IMG/VR virus record: IMGVR_UViG_2706796412_000001
Span: 64,001-128,000 of that record
Source: Bixzunavirus tonenili
Lineage: Duplodnaviria > Heunggongvirae > Uroviricota > Caudoviricetes
Length of the DNA stretch: 64,000 nt
Strand: one strand, 5' to 3'
This document shows positions 20,058-30,016 of the stretch, one piece after another. Position 1 is the stretch's first letter; the number at the start of each line of letters is the position of its first letter. Made by a program: the position numbers and the translations under genes. The notes beneath the pieces were generated by a model. That model was not told the origin of the DNA. It made no database searches and saw only the letters and a list, made by a program, of their open reading frames with translations.

Positions 20058-21797
20058 TTGAAGACCCCTGACCAAGTGTCCAAGGAGATCCTGGCAAAGC
20101 TGGCCGTCACCGCGCCCGGCTTGAGCCTGGAATTGGGGACTCCAGAACGCAAGATCGTCGACGCTGTCGCCGAGTCGATCTCCGAGGCCTACATCGACCA
20201 GTACCTGGTCGGGTCGCTTCTCGACATCGAGTCCAAGACCGGGCTGGAACTGGAGCAGTTCGTCGGCATCTTTGGCTTTGGACGCCTGCAGGGTCGAAAG
20301 GCCAACGGTGTTGTCCGGGTCGAGTTGAGCACGGCAAACGCTCAAGATGTCTCTATCCCGCTCGGCAGCCAGTTCTACACTCGGCAGAGCCTGCCGGGGT
20401 CGGCGAGCCCTCTGTACTTCACTTCCACTCAGGCCATCGTCATCCCGGCAGGAAGCTATCAGGCTGACGTCCCGGTCGAGTGCGTGGAAGTCGGCACTTC
20501 GGGCAACGTCCCTCCGGACTCGATCGTCTTTGTCGGTGAGGTTCTGAGCGCGTCGTCGGTGACCAACCTGCAGGCATTTACCGGTGGTATCGACGCCGAG
20601 ACCGACGCCGAGTTGCGCCAGCGGTTCAAGGACACGTTCATGCGCAACATCGCCGGAACTGAGGACTGGTACCTCGGTCTGGCCTACCAGAACAAGAACG
20701 TCTCCAAGGCCGCGTGCTTCGGGCCCATTCGCAAGTACGCCACCCAGGTCGCGGTGCCCAACGTCAGCGTGAACCTGCCGGTGACCGCCGACGTCAAGTA
20801 CGCCTGGCCCAAGGGTGAGACCGTCTTCAAGAACCTCGGCCAGGCTGACGAGGTCTTCTATCGGCCCTACAGCGACTACACCTTCACGCCCGGGTCCAGT
20901 CCGCAGCTGACCCGGGTGACCGACGGCCAGATGGTGGTCGGCGACATCATCGACGTCGAGTTCGAGTACACCACCAAGTCCAGCCGGAACGACCCGCTCA
21001 ACGGCATCACCAACAAGGTCGATCTGTTCGTCAACGGTGCCGACCCCTACACGATCACCGAGCGGACCGTGCTGACCTCACAGACCCTGTCGGCGGTCAC
21101 CTCCGACGAGCTGTACACCGGCAACTTCGCGCGGGTCGGATCCACCGGCACCCCGTCGGCCACCAACCGCTTCATGAGGCTGAGCAGCGTGCCGGTCCTG
21201 CAGTTCCCCTCGACCATCACCGTCGGCACCACTCAGTACCAGCTGGGTACGCACTACCACCTTCTGCGCGGCACCACCCTGCTGGCCGGATCGGTGCGCG
21301 AGGTGGCAGGCCTGGAATGGACCCCGTCCGGCCCGGCCAACGGCACCGCGCTGACCCTGTCCTACGTCTACAACCGGGTGCCCGAGGTCCTCAACGCGAT
21401 GGTCAAGGCGGGCAAGCAGATCACCACCGACGTGCTGGTGCATCAGGCCAGCTACCAGTACCTGCGGGTGTACCTGTCGGTGGAGTTCGATCGAGGCTAC
21501 GTGGTCAGCCAGGTCACCAACGCCATCAACGACCGGCTGCGTCAGTACTTCGCTGGCCTGCCGTTCGGCGCCTGGATCGAGATCTCCGACCTGACCCTGG
21601 CCACCCATCAGGTGCTCGGTGTGGACAACGTCTACCTGACGACCAGTGTCGAGGACGCGACCAACTACGGCATCAAGATCTATGGCAACAGCGCCGACCC
21701 GACGCCGTCGGTGGTGCAGACCGGTGATTTCAAACTGACCGACAATCAGCTTCCGGTGTTTCTGGAGGCTGTGATCCTGAGGAAAGCGAACCGATGA
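20058..21797 (+). CDS. baseplate J protein
   Basis: TNLQAFTGGIDAETDAELRQR motif typical of baseplate J. Confidence 0.85.
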   Translation: MKTPDQVSKEILAKLAVTAPGLSLELGTPERKIVDAVAESISEAYIDQYLVGSLLDIESKTGLELEQFVGIFGFGRLQGRKANGVVRVELSTANAQDVSIPLGSQFYTRQSLPGSASPLYFTSTQAIVIPAGSYQADVPVECVEVGTSGNVPPDSIVFVGEVLSASSVTNLQAFTGGIDAETDAELRQRFKDTFMRNIAGTEDWYLGLAYQNKNVSKAACFGPIRKYATQVAVPNVSVNLPVTADVKYAWPKGETVFKNLGQADEVFYRPYSDYTFTPGSSPQLTRVTDGQMVVGDIIDVEFEYTTKSSRNDPLNGITNKVDLFVNGADPYTITERTVLTSQTLSAVTSDELYTGNFARVGSTGTPSATNRFMRLSSVPVLQFPSTITVGTTQYQLGTHYHLLRGTTLLAGSVREVAGLEWTPSGPANGTALTLSYVYNRVPEVLNAMVKAGKQITTDVLVHQASYQYLRVYLSVEFDRGYVVSQVTNAINDRLRQYFAGLPFGAWIEISDLTLATHQVLGVDNVYLTTSVEDATNYGIKIYGNSADPTPSVVQTGDFKLTDNQLPVFLEAVILRKANR

Positions 21798-22174
21798 CCG
21801 AGTCAACTCCCGCACCCAAGAAGCGTGCTCCACGCAAGAAGGCCTCTCCGGCGGTCAAGCCGGAGGTCACCGAGACCCCGGAGCCACACGCGGTCTCCAA
21901 GGCCGACGCGGATAACCTCGTCAACCCTGACAGGGTGCTGACCAACGAGCACCGGATCTTTCCGGCGGCTGACGACAAGGCGCTCATCGAGCCGCCGCTG
22001 ATCGCCGAGCAGCGCGTCACCTACGCGCCGGACCCGACCACCATCCCCGAGGTCCCCGATCATGTGGCCACCGGCTGGGGGTGCTCGTGCGGCTGGGAGC
22101 CCAATTTCGGTCACGCGTTGGGCCCGGGCATCCAGCAGCTGCGTCACATCGAGCGAGAGCATCAGGCGAAGTGA
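21794..22174 (+). CDS. hypothetical protein
   Basis: 126 aa, ATGA overlap, C-terminal WGCSCGW...H..H motif. Confidence 0.65.
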   Translation: MTESTPAPKKRAPRKKASPAVKPEVTETPEPHAVSKADADNLVNPDRVLTNEHRIFPAADDKALIEPPLIAEQRVTYAPDPTTIPEVPDHVATGWGCSCGWEPNFGHALGPGIQQLRHIEREHQAK

Positions 22175-22326
22175 AGACGCACCTGCTGGTCGTGCTGGTC
22201 GAGGCGCAAGACCGGGCCCAGGCCGAGGAACGGTTGGGCAGGTGTCTGGACGACTACAACGCTCGCGATGACCGCGACGGTCAGATCACCTTGTTCCGAA
22301 AGGAGGGTCCGCCATGGACGCCATGA
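22171..22326 (+). CDS. small hypothetical protein
   Basis: GTGA overlap; VKTHLLVVLVEAQD... Confidence 0.45.
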   Translation: MKTHLLVVLVEAQDRAQAEERLGRCLDDYNARDDRDGQITLFRKEGPPWTP

Positions 22327-22457
22327 AGCGGCTCTTCATTCCCTCGCCGGTGGTGGCCACCTACACCGCGCTCGGCATCGCGCTGGCCGCATTCGGCATC
22401 GGGGTGACCGCGCTGGCCATCGCGCTGCTGCTGCTGTGCGGGTCGGGGGTGAACTGA
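22314..22457 (+). CDS. small membrane protein (47 aa, not in ORF track)
   Basis: AAGGAGG RBS; MDAMKRLFIPSPVVATYTALGIALAAFGIGVTALAIALLLLCGSGVN. Confidence 0.6.
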   Translation: MDAMKRLFIPSPVVATYTALGIALAAFGIGVTALAIALLLLCGSGVN

Positions 22458-22458
22458 C

Positions 22459-23814
22459 ATGGCGTCGCTTGATCCGTTCCCGCTGATGCCTTCGAAGTCC
22501 ACCGAACTGCGGCTGGACCACTTCGACCGCGACGTCTACAAGGCCGACCCCTCGACCATCCTGTACAAGTTCGTCGACGCGTTGTGCGGTGACGCCGGGG
22601 CCGGGTCGCTGAAGAAGGAGATCTTCATCCAGCGGCTTTCGGGCGCGCTGACCGGCATCTACGGGTCGGACCTCGACTACATCTTCGGCAACGTGCACTT
22701 CCTGAGCCGGTCGCCGTCGGAAAGCTATCCGTACAACCCGATGACCGACATGCTGACCTCCGACCAGTGGGACGAGGTCAAGGTCAAGGACTCCTGGTAC
22801 CGGACCCGCATCCGCGAGTTCTTCGCCGCCTGCTCTGCCGGAGGCACCATCGACGGCATTCGCATGGCCGTGCACGCCGCCTGCTCGGTCGACTGCGAGA
22901 TCATGGAGAACTGGCGCTACATCGACGACTTCGGCCTGGGGGCCAACGTCGGGCGCGCGCCGGTGTCCGCGCGCAACGAGGTGACCATCAGGCCGCACAA
23001 GACCGAGCTGGACCCCAAGGAACGCCGCCTGCTGCGCGACATGCTCGACAAGATCGTGCCGCAGGACACCGTCGTCACCATCGACGAGAACGGGCTCAAC
23101 GTCAGTGCCCCGGTCGCGGTGCGCGCGGTCGCGGCAGACTCCACCTACTACCAGGTGGAGAAGGTGGTCTCCGGCACCCCGGTACTCGACGCGCTGCCCG
23201 ATCCGGAGTTTCTGGCCATCGATCTGGATCCCACCGAGAAGTGGCTGTTCTCCAAGTCGCCCGAGCTGGCCCCCTACGCCCAGTTCAACATCTCCAGCGA
23301 GTACGGCTACTACTACCTCGCCTCCGGTGGCACTCGTAGTCCGATCGACTCGGTGGCCTACGAACGGCTGGTGGAGGGGTCCGACCCGCCACGCTTCGTT
23401 CCGGAGCACCCCTTCGAGTGGTTCGAGACCACCGGCCAGTTCACCGCGTGGACCGAGTACGAGAAGGCCGACAGTCCGGACAACTACCCGGGCGGCAAGT
23501 TCGGCATCCATCCGGACGCGGCTCCGGCGCTCAACCCTGACCACTCGCCGTATCAGTTCCCCTACGCCAGCCAGCAGGCCTACGTGGTCAAGCGCAAGGC
23601 CGAGGTGATCGCGCTGGGCGGCATTGCCGACGACGAGCGCTACCGGCTGCCGGTCGAACGCGTCGCCGTCTCCAAGCGGACCTACACCGCCGATCTGGCA
23701 ATCGCCTATTCGGCACCATCGCGGGATTCCACGGTGACCAGTAGCTGGACGGCCCGCAAGCCGCGCCAGACCGTGGGTGAGATCCGCGATCCCGGCAGCT
23801 TCGTCCGGGCCTGA
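22459..23814 (+). CDS. baseplate wedge protein (gpI-like N-terminus)
   Basis: 451 aa after baseplate J; GGTIDGIRMAV segment. Confidence 0.55.
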   Translation: MASLDPFPLMPSKSTELRLDHFDRDVYKADPSTILYKFVDALCGDAGAGSLKKEIFIQRLSGALTGIYGSDLDYIFGNVHFLSRSPSESYPYNPMTDMLTSDQWDEVKVKDSWYRTRIREFFAACSAGGTIDGIRMAVHAACSVDCEIMENWRYIDDFGLGANVGRAPVSARNEVTIRPHKTELDPKERRLLRDMLDKIVPQDTVVTIDENGLNVSAPVAVRAVAADSTYYQVEKVVSGTPVLDALPDPEFLAIDLDPTEKWLFSKSPELAPYAQFNISSEYGYYYLASGGTRSPIDSVAYERLVEGSDPPRFVPEHPFEWFETTGQFTAWTEYEKADSPDNYPGGKFGIHPDAAPALNPDHSPYQFPYASQQAYVVKRKAEVIALGGIADDERYRLPVERVAVSKRTYTADLAIAYSAPSRDSTVTSSWTARKPRQTVGEIRDPGSFVRA

Positions 23815-23833
23815 CAGAGGAGCTAGGGGCCAA

Positions 23834-26800
23834 GTGGCAACCACGACCAACGAGACCACGTTCTACTACGACTACAACTACCCGCTGAAGCTGGTCGACC
23901 TCATCCTGGGGCTGATCAACAACCGCAACGACCCGTCCAACCCGGCGCAGACGGTCGATCCGGCCAGCCGCGAGTGGTTCAGCCAGCCGCGCACCTACGA
24001 CGAGGGCGGCACCGAGGTCATCACCGCGACCTTCAAGCTGCCGCTGTCGATCTCCGAGCTGTCCATGGAGGTCCTGCGCATGCCCTGCGTGGTCGAGGCG
24101 TGGTACCAGGACCGGTCCAACAACTGGCGCCAGGTGCTCGACATGCAGCGCGTGCCGGTGCGGGTCAATGTGAGCCGGTCCGACGTCAAGAGCTACTTCA
24201 CCTTCAGCACCAAGGTGTACCCGATCGTCGCCAAGAAGCTCCAGATCCGGCTCACCCGGGCCCGCGACCTCACCCTTGCCGACACCCCGTACCCGGTCGG
24301 CTTGCGCAACACCCTGATCCGCCGCAACGTCTACGAGCGCGCCCAGGGCCAGCAGTACTTCGAGGAAGAGCAGGACGTCCTCGGCAACGTCATCAGCAAG
24401 TACATCAAGGACTGGGACGCCTCACGGGCCGTCGACGACGACCCGTACACCTTCTGGCGCAGCGCGGCGATGCCCGATCCGGAAGCGGTGGCCAGCCTGT
24501 ACCTCGACATCCGAGGCGACGAGGGCCAGCCCAAGAGCATCGACAAGATCTACCTGGATCCGGTCTACACCGGCCAGCACCTCAACCTCTACTACTCGTC
24601 GGACAACACCGTCGGCACCCGTCGGCTCAACCCGATCACCGTCGCGCCCAGCGAGGACTTCAACACCGACTGGCGGATCTCGCGAGGCCGCTGGGACATC
24701 TCTGACGGTCTGGCCGAGTCCTACTACCGGTGGCCGATGGCGCTGGGCCCGCAACTGGGCCAGGACGCCTGGCTCGGCGTGGAATGGTCGCCGGACTTCA
24801 ATCCGACCGACGGCCCGCCCAACAATCCGATCCTGTTCGAGGCGATGGACGCCGCAGGTCCGGCCTTCAAGCCGTCACTGAGCTACGACGTCGGCGCCGG
24901 AGAGTTCGTGCTGGAGTTCACCGACGGCACCAACGTCCACACCTTCAACGCGCCGCTGACCCAGGTGTTCGTCCCGTTCGACCCGCTGCGCATCGTCGTC
25001 GGCTGGCGCTACGACCCGGACACGGTGTTCATCAGCGTGCGTGACCGCACCGGCACCGAGGTCGCTCATCTGGAACAGCCCACCGTCTTGCCGCAGCTGA
25101 TCAGCTTCGACGGCCAGTGCCAGATGTACCGATTCCGAGGCCTGGTCACCGCGATGGTGCTCAAGCTGGAGGACTACCGCAACACCTCCGACGCCTTCAC
25201 GCGATCGCCGGTCTACTACGTCGACCCCGATCCGGTCATTCCCGACTCCAACGGTGTGGTCCCCTCGACCACGCTGGACAACGCGGTCTATGCCTACGCC
25301 GCGACCACCCAGGAGCACGGGTCCGGCGGCACCGACGACTCCTGGTTCGAGAACAAGGAGTGGACGCCGATCTGGCGCAACTACCTGGCCGAAAAGGGCG
25401 TTCTCTTTCTGCCGCAAGCGATTTCGGCAAAGTACCTCAAGCTGGAGTTCACCAACCTCACCGAGGAGCCGTACCCGATCTACGAGTCCGAGACCGAGGT
25501 CCGGTACAAGGTCTTCCCGCTGTCGGTGTCGCAGATGAGCTGGAAGGGCACCCGGCGCTACACCGGTCAGGGCAACTACCTGGGCCTGGGCACCTTCATC
25601 TCGACCAACGGCGTGCGCAGCGTCAACTGGCTGTCCTCGGCGTCGGTGGCCGAGGCGATCGACGCGCTGTGGGGCACCCACACCCCACCGGTCTCGATCA
25701 ACACCGGCCCGAGCTACATCACCGACACCCTGCCCAACACCAGCACCGAGCTGGTGCAGAGTTCCAAGCGCATCGAGGCCGGATCGAGCTACGTCTACCG
25801 GCGTGAGGTCCTGCAGCCCTACATCCTGGCCGAGGACGCCTACGTCACCACGATCAAGGCCGAAGGCCTGCAGCAGTTGGCCTACTTCACCGACGTGCCA
25901 TGGAACGACATCGAGCAGGCCAACCCCGGGGCGGTCACCCACGTCAAGTCGACCGGCGCGCTGCCGATCCGGGGTACCGACTGGTGGATCTACCCTGGCC
26001 AGCAGCTACGCATTCCGGCGTCGGTGATGACCAAGCTGACCGACACCTCCACGGTGACCGAGCGAAAGCGCACCACCGAGACCCGCGTGCGGTTCACCAC
26101 GACCAGCGTGCACCGCTACGAGTACAAGACCCTCAAGCGGGACGCGGCGGTCGCCTACTTCGCGGGCGTGCGCGAGGTCGTGCCGATGACCTCGACGTTC
26201 ATCGCGGGCGAGGACAAGCCGTACTTCGACTTCCCGCACTACGACGTCGACCAGTTCGTCACCAGCTTCACCCGACAGCTGGAGAGCGGGCCCACCACCA
26301 CCCGGCGGCGGCTCTACCCGATTCCCAACCGGCTGTTCGAGCGCAACCTGATGAACTGGGTGACCGACAACACCGACGCCTGGAGTTGGGACGGCACCAC
26401 CGGGCGCTGGCTGCGCGGCACCGCCAAGTGCACCCTCGACGGGCTGGGCCACTACCTCCTGTCGTCGCGGCTGTCGGTGGAGCCGGGCGAGACGCTCAAC
26501 GCGTCGGTCTCGGTGAAGTGGGCCGACCTGGAAGGGCTGGACGCCGACGACGTGGCGATCCGCTGGGGCATCCGCTACTACGACGCTGCCAGCGAGTTCC
26601 TGCAGGACGACTACCTCGACGACATCTCCTACACGGACTGGACCGCCCACCTCGAAGAGGACTGGATCGATCTGGACGGGGTCTCCACGGTGCCCGAGGG
26701 TGCCGCGTGGTTCCGAGTCCTGCTGGAGGTCACCAACCAGGCCACCGGCGGCGCCGTCTGGTTCGAGAGCGTCAAGATCGAGAGCGCCGACACCACTACG

Positions 26801-27622
26801 GCCACGGTGTTCAAGAGCCTGGAGACACAGTCCTCGTTCACCAAGGTTGCCGTCGACTTCCGCGACTCGGGCCTGTGGCGCGGCGACAGCATGTGGGCCG
26901 ACATCAACCCGGACAGCGAGTCGATCGACGACACCAAGCTGGCCTACTACACCCGGACGATTCCGGAGAGCATCCCCGGAGGTTTCTGGGGCGACACGAC
27001 GAAGGCGTGGGGTGGTGACAATGTCGAGTGGGGATCTCCGTTCGCAGTGGTCAGCGTTACGGTCGATGGCAATCGCCGTTATCAAGGTAAGCGGGTGCTT
27101 CGTTTCCGCCGTGCTGCAGGGGCTGGGGAAGCGGGCATCAAGGTCAAGCAGTGGACACACTTTGTGCCGCTCGGCCTCTTCCGGATTGGAGCTGTTTTCT
27201 ACAAACCGCTCGCGAACGACAACCAGATCACGGTCCGCCTGCGTCGCCTGTCCGACGGCGTCATCGTGTACGAGGAGACGGTAGAAGCACCCTCGGGCCG
27301 GTGGCACGAGTTCAAGACCAAGTTCGTCGAGATCCCGGACGGCACCCAGCAGGAGTACGAGGTCATGCTCACCCTGGAGGGCGATGACGAGGACGAGCTG
27401 TACCTGGCCGATCTCTACACCGAGATCGCCAACGTGCGCTACTTCGTCCGACTCGGCGGATCCGGCGGCTTCCTGCACGAGGTCACCGATCTGCGCTACG
27501 CCGACGGGCGGGCGGTCGTCACGACCTCCACGCCGGTCAACCAGCTCAGCGTCCAGGCTGCCATCCTGTCCCCCGAAGCCTATGCGTACGGGTGCCGGAT
27601 CCAGCCGTTCTACCTGAAGTGA
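23834..27622 (+). CDS. large minor tail/baseplate protein with carbohydrate-binding-like domains
   Basis: About 1260 aa, last gene of tail operon; PEGAAWFRVLLE...GAVWFESVKI CBM-like segment. Confidence 0.7.
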   Translation: MATTTNETTFYYDYNYPLKLVDLILGLINNRNDPSNPAQTVDPASREWFSQPRTYDEGGTEVITATFKLPLSISELSMEVLRMPCVVEAWYQDRSNNWRQVLDMQRVPVRVNVSRSDVKSYFTFSTKVYPIVAKKLQIRLTRARDLTLADTPYPVGLRNTLIRRNVYERAQGQQYFEEEQDVLGNVISKYIKDWDASRAVDDDPYTFWRSAAMPDPEAVASLYLDIRGDEGQPKSIDKIYLDPVYTGQHLNLYYSSDNTVGTRRLNPITVAPSEDFNTDWRISRGRWDISDGLAESYYRWPMALGPQLGQDAWLGVEWSPDFNPTDGPPNNPILFEAMDAAGPAFKPSLSYDVGAGEFVLEFTDGTNVHTFNAPLTQVFVPFDPLRIVVGWRYDPDTVFISVRDRTGTEVAHLEQPTVLPQLISFDGQCQMYRFRGLVTAMVLKLEDYRNTSDAFTRSPVYYVDPDPVIPDSNGVVPSTTLDNAVYAYAATTQEHGSGGTDDSWFENKEWTPIWRNYLAEKGVLFLPQAISAKYLKLEFTNLTEEPYPIYESETEVRYKVFPLSVSQMSWKGTRRYTGQGNYLGLGTFISTNGVRSVNWLSSASVAEAIDALWGTHTPPVSINTGPSYITDTLPNTSTELVQSSKRIEAGSSYVYRREVLQPYILAEDAYVTTIKAEGLQQLAYFTDVPWNDIEQANPGAVTHVKSTGALPIRGTDWWIYPGQQLRIPASVMTKLTDTSTVTERKRTTETRVRFTTTSVHRYEYKTLKRDAAVAYFAGVREVVPMTSTFIAGEDKPYFDFPHYDVDQFVTSFTRQLESGPTTTRRRLYPIPNRLFERNLMNWVTDNTDAWSWDGTTGRWLRGTAKCTLDGLGHYLLSSRLSVEPGETLNASVSVKWADLEGLDADDVAIRWGIRYYDAASEFLQDDYLDDISYTDWTAHLEEDWIDLDGVSTVPEGAAWFRVLLEVTNQATGGAVWFESVKIESADTTTATVFKSLETQSSFTKVAVDFRDSGLWRGDSMWADINPDSESIDDTKLAYYTRTIPESIPGGFWGDTTKAWGGDNVEWGSPFAVVSVTVDGNRRYQGKRVLRFRRAAGAGEAGIKVKQWTHFVPLGLFRIGAVFYKPLANDNQITVRLRRLSDGVIVYEETVEAPSGRWHEFKTKFVEIPDGTQQEYEVMLTLEGDDEDELYLADLYTEIANVRYFVRLGGSGGFLHEVTDLRYADGRAVVTTSTPVNQLSVQAAILSPEAYAYGCRIQPFYLK

Positions 27623-27949
27623 TCAGTCGATGTAGACGACCAGCAGGTCGCCACCGTAGCCGACACCCCAGCACCGCTTGGCCTCGCCCCAGCTGGTGGT
27701 GATGGCGGGCGTGCAGTGCATCCGGTAGACCTTGCCGGTGGCCGGGCTGTAGGCCACCGGGTCCCAGCCGGGCTGGTTGTAGAAGGCCTGAAAGACGTTG
27801 TCGGCAAAGCCGCAGCTGGTGTTGGCGGTGACCACCGCGCTGAGTCCGGATGGGCAGTTGGTCATGTATTCGGCAGATGCCGGTGCGGCGCCGAATAGGC
27901 CCAGGGTGAGCCCGGCGGCCAGGACGCCGCCGGTGACGAGCTTCTTCAT
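27623..27949 (-). CDS. secreted Cys-containing protein
   Basis: Signal peptide ending in APASA; TSC.FA..V...SP.TGK.Y.M.C pattern. Confidence 0.7.
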   Translation of the reverse strand: MKKLVTGGVLAAGLTLGLFGAAPASAEYMTNCPSGLSAVVTANTSCGFADNVFQAFYNQPGWDPVAYSPATGKVYRMHCTPAITTSWGEAKRCWGVGYGGDLLVVYID

Positions 27950-27979
27950 GGATCTCCCTTGGTGTGGGTGGGTGGTGAC

Positions 27980-28351
27980 CTAGATGTCCAGGTCGTGGAT
28001 CAAGGACCGCTTGTAGTCCTCGTCCGGGTCGTAGGGCTCATCCAGTTCGGCGAGCCGATCCTCCTCGGTGACCGCCGCATCCAGTTCGGCGTCAGAGTCA
28101 ACGTGCCGGTGTGACCGGGCATTGGTGGCCACGATGACGACCTCACCGCCTTCGCCAAGAACCCGGAAGCCGTTGGTGCCGATGCGCTCGACGGTGGTGG
28201 ACTCCGACTGCAGCGTCCCGTCAGCCAGACGACGCTCGTGGATCTCGGTGGCCCCGGTGCTTCCGGTGGCCCTGGCGGTGGTCATCGCGGCGAAAGCTCG
28301 GTCGATGACGGCCTGGTCGGCGATCAGATTCTCGATGGCGTGCTTGGACAT
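27980..28351 (-). CDS. hypothetical protein
   Basis: 123 aa, AAGGAG RBS with CA-rich leader. Confidence 0.7.
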   Translation of the reverse strand: MSKHAIENLIADQAVIDRAFAAMTTARATGSTGATEIHERRLADGTLQSESTTVERIGTNGFRVLGEGGEVVIVATNARSHRHVDSDAELDAAVTEEDRLAELDEPYDPDEDYKRSLIHDLDI

Positions 28352-28391
28352 TTCGGGCTCCTTGTGTGAGTGTGTGGTGGTGATGCACCCA

Positions 28392-28485
28392 CTATAACTC
28401 CTCTGTAGGGTAGGTTATTTCTGACCGCTATGTGATGACGATCACATAACACCCAGGAATGGATCGTCCTATAGTGCTGTTGTAC
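28392..28485. promoter_or_regulatory. divergent promoter region with two CTRYAG-N5-YTRYAS sites and a CRP-like box
   Basis: TATAGT -10 on minus strand (28391-28396); TGTGA-N6-TCACA at 28431-28446; CTATAG-N5-TTGTAC at 28469-28485. Confidence 0.6.
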
Positions 28486-28528
28486 GGAGTGTTCGACACT
28501 CACTCACCACCACACAGGAGCAGGAACA

Positions 28529-28999
28529 ATGGCCCTCACCTACGCCCGCGACAACATCCGTTACTCCCGCACCGCCATTGATCAAGCCGTCGCCGAAGGC
28601 TTCGCCAAGGTCTTCGAGACCGCCAAGGGCACCTTCTACGTCCTCAAGACCGACCAGGGCTCGTTCAAGGTCACCCCGGAGATGATCGATGAGGACGGCC
28701 TGTCTCCCGAGGAGCAGGCTGAGGAAGAGGCCTTTCATCAGGTCTACCTGGCCGAACAGGGCTACGAGCGTTACCTGGAGACCCGCTACGCCGACGCTAT
28801 CGCTGAGGAGGAGCGCCAGGAGCGCCTGAACGGCGCCCGGGACTACTGGGAGGAGAAGGGCGAGGCCGAGCCCACCGTCGACGAGGTCGACGAGATGGCT
28901 CGCGAGGAGCGCGATCGCGCCGAGGACTGGGAGGACACCGAGGCCTCGATCATTCGCGCCGAGAACGCGCTGCTGGGCCGGTTCGGCGTCCACTTCTGA
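28529..28999 (+). CDS. hypothetical acidic protein
   Basis: 156 aa, CA-rich leader plus AGGAG. Confidence 0.75.
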   Translation: MALTYARDNIRYSRTAIDQAVAEGFAKVFETAKGTFYVLKTDQGSFKVTPEMIDEDGLSPEEQAEEEAFHQVYLAEQGYERYLETRYADAIAEEERQERLNGARDYWEEKGEAEPTVDEVDEMAREERDRAEDWEDTEASIIRAENALLGRFGVHF

Positions 29000-29056
29000 T
29001 CCACCCCGGCGGGATCCACACGGGCCCCGCCTTCACTCACTCACGCAGGAGTCATC

Positions 29057-29221
29057 ATGAAGATCAGCATCAACTTCGCCATCGAGATCGATCCCGAGGA
29101 CTGGATGGACGCCTACGGCATCGCCAGGTCCCAGGTCCGCGCCGACGTCAAGGAGCACGCCAAGCACCTGGTTCAGCAGGCCTTCTCCGGCGCGGGCATC
29201 TCCGCTGAGCTGGTGAAATAA
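29057..29221 (+). CDS. small hypothetical protein (54 aa)
   Basis: CA-rich leader plus AGGAG; MKISINFAIEIDPEDW... Confidence 0.65.
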   Translation: MKISINFAIEIDPEDWMDAYGIARSQVRADVKEHAKHLVQQAFSGAGISAELVK

Positions 29222-29226
29222 AACCT

Positions 29227-29245
29227 CATACCGCTGTGTTATACA
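29227..29245 (+). promoter_or_regulatory. extended -10 promoter/operator motif
   Basis: CATACCGCTGTGTTATACA; 16/17 identical to 41670-41686. Confidence 0.6.
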
Positions 29246-29281
29246 TGCTGTAAGCGATACACACTCACACAGGAGAGAATC

Positions 29282-29425
29282 ATGAACGCCACCGCCAACC
29301 TCGACCGCGTCCGCGCCGATCAGGAGCGTCGCCGCTCCGGCGCCGCGACCAAGGTCCAGGGCGCCAAGCTCAAGGCCAAGCACAACCGCTCGGTCGCCAA
29401 GCGTCAGTGGAAGAAGGAGTTCTGA
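29282..29425 (+). CDS. small basic protein (47 aa)
   Basis: CA-rich leader plus AGGAG; MNATANLDRVRADQERRRSG... Confidence 0.65.
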   Translation: MNATANLDRVRADQERRRSGAATKVQGAKLKAKHNRSVAKRQWKKEF

Positions 29426-29754
29426 TGAAGGTCCGGATCTCCCGCCGCGTCATCGGACACCTGGAAGGGTCCGATGCGTGGCAGTCCGGCCAGCGTGTCG
29501 TCGAGAGAGGCTTCGAGCGCCAGTCCACCGCTGACATGATGGAGGCGATCAAGGACGCGCCCCGGCGCAAGGACGGCAGTGTCACCGTCGACCTGGATGA
29601 CGAGCAGCGCGCGGCGCTCTATGAGTACGCCGACGTCATGGCGATTGCCGCCGCCGACAATGTCACCGCGCCCGGGGACCCGTATGGCGACAATGACGCC
29701 CTGGCCGATCTCAACGCCGCTCGGGCCCTGATGCGACAGCTGAAGGAAGGATGA
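29425..29754 (+). CDS. hypothetical protein
   Basis: TGATG coupling; 109 aa. Confidence 0.7.
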   Translation: MKVRISRRVIGHLEGSDAWQSGQRVVERGFERQSTADMMEAIKDAPRRKDGSVTVDLDDEQRAALYEYADVMAIAAADNVTAPGDPYGDNDALADLNAARALMRQLKEG

Positions 29755-29760
29755 GTCTGA

Positions 29761-29955
29761 ATGATGAAGTCAGCTGAGGAGTTGCGTCCCGGTGATGTCC
29801 TACCCGACGGTTCGGTGGTTCGACGTGCATGGGTGGCAACCAATCCCCGGTTTGTCATGATCGAACTAGAGGGTGACAGCGTCCGCACCTCATACCGATA
29901 CGCCAAGTACAACGTGAAACCACGAGGAGACCTGATGCGGCAGTTGAAGGAATGA
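29761..29955 (+). CDS. small hypothetical protein
   Basis: 64 aa; SAEELRPGDVL motif; shares LMRQLKE C-terminus with upstream gene. Confidence 0.55.
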   Translation: MMKSAEELRPGDVLPDGSVVRRAWVATNPRFVMIELEGDSVRTSYRYAKYNVKPRGDLMRQLKE

Positions 29956-29960
29956 AAAGC

Positions 29961-29979
29961 CATATAGCAGTGTTATAGT
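29961..29979 (+). promoter_or_regulatory. extended -10 promoter/operator motif
   Basis: CATATAGCAGTGTTATAGT (TGn-TATAGT). Confidence 0.6.
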
Positions 29980-30016
29980 CAGTACACACCACCACCCACT
30001 CACCCAGGAGGACCCA

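Noticed and set aside
19591-20061. Amber read-through from the glycine-rich gene into in-frame ORF 19615..20061
   Set aside because: That ORF is an off-frame shadow of the baseplate wedge gene with no coding-like composition; open off-frames are common at this GC content.
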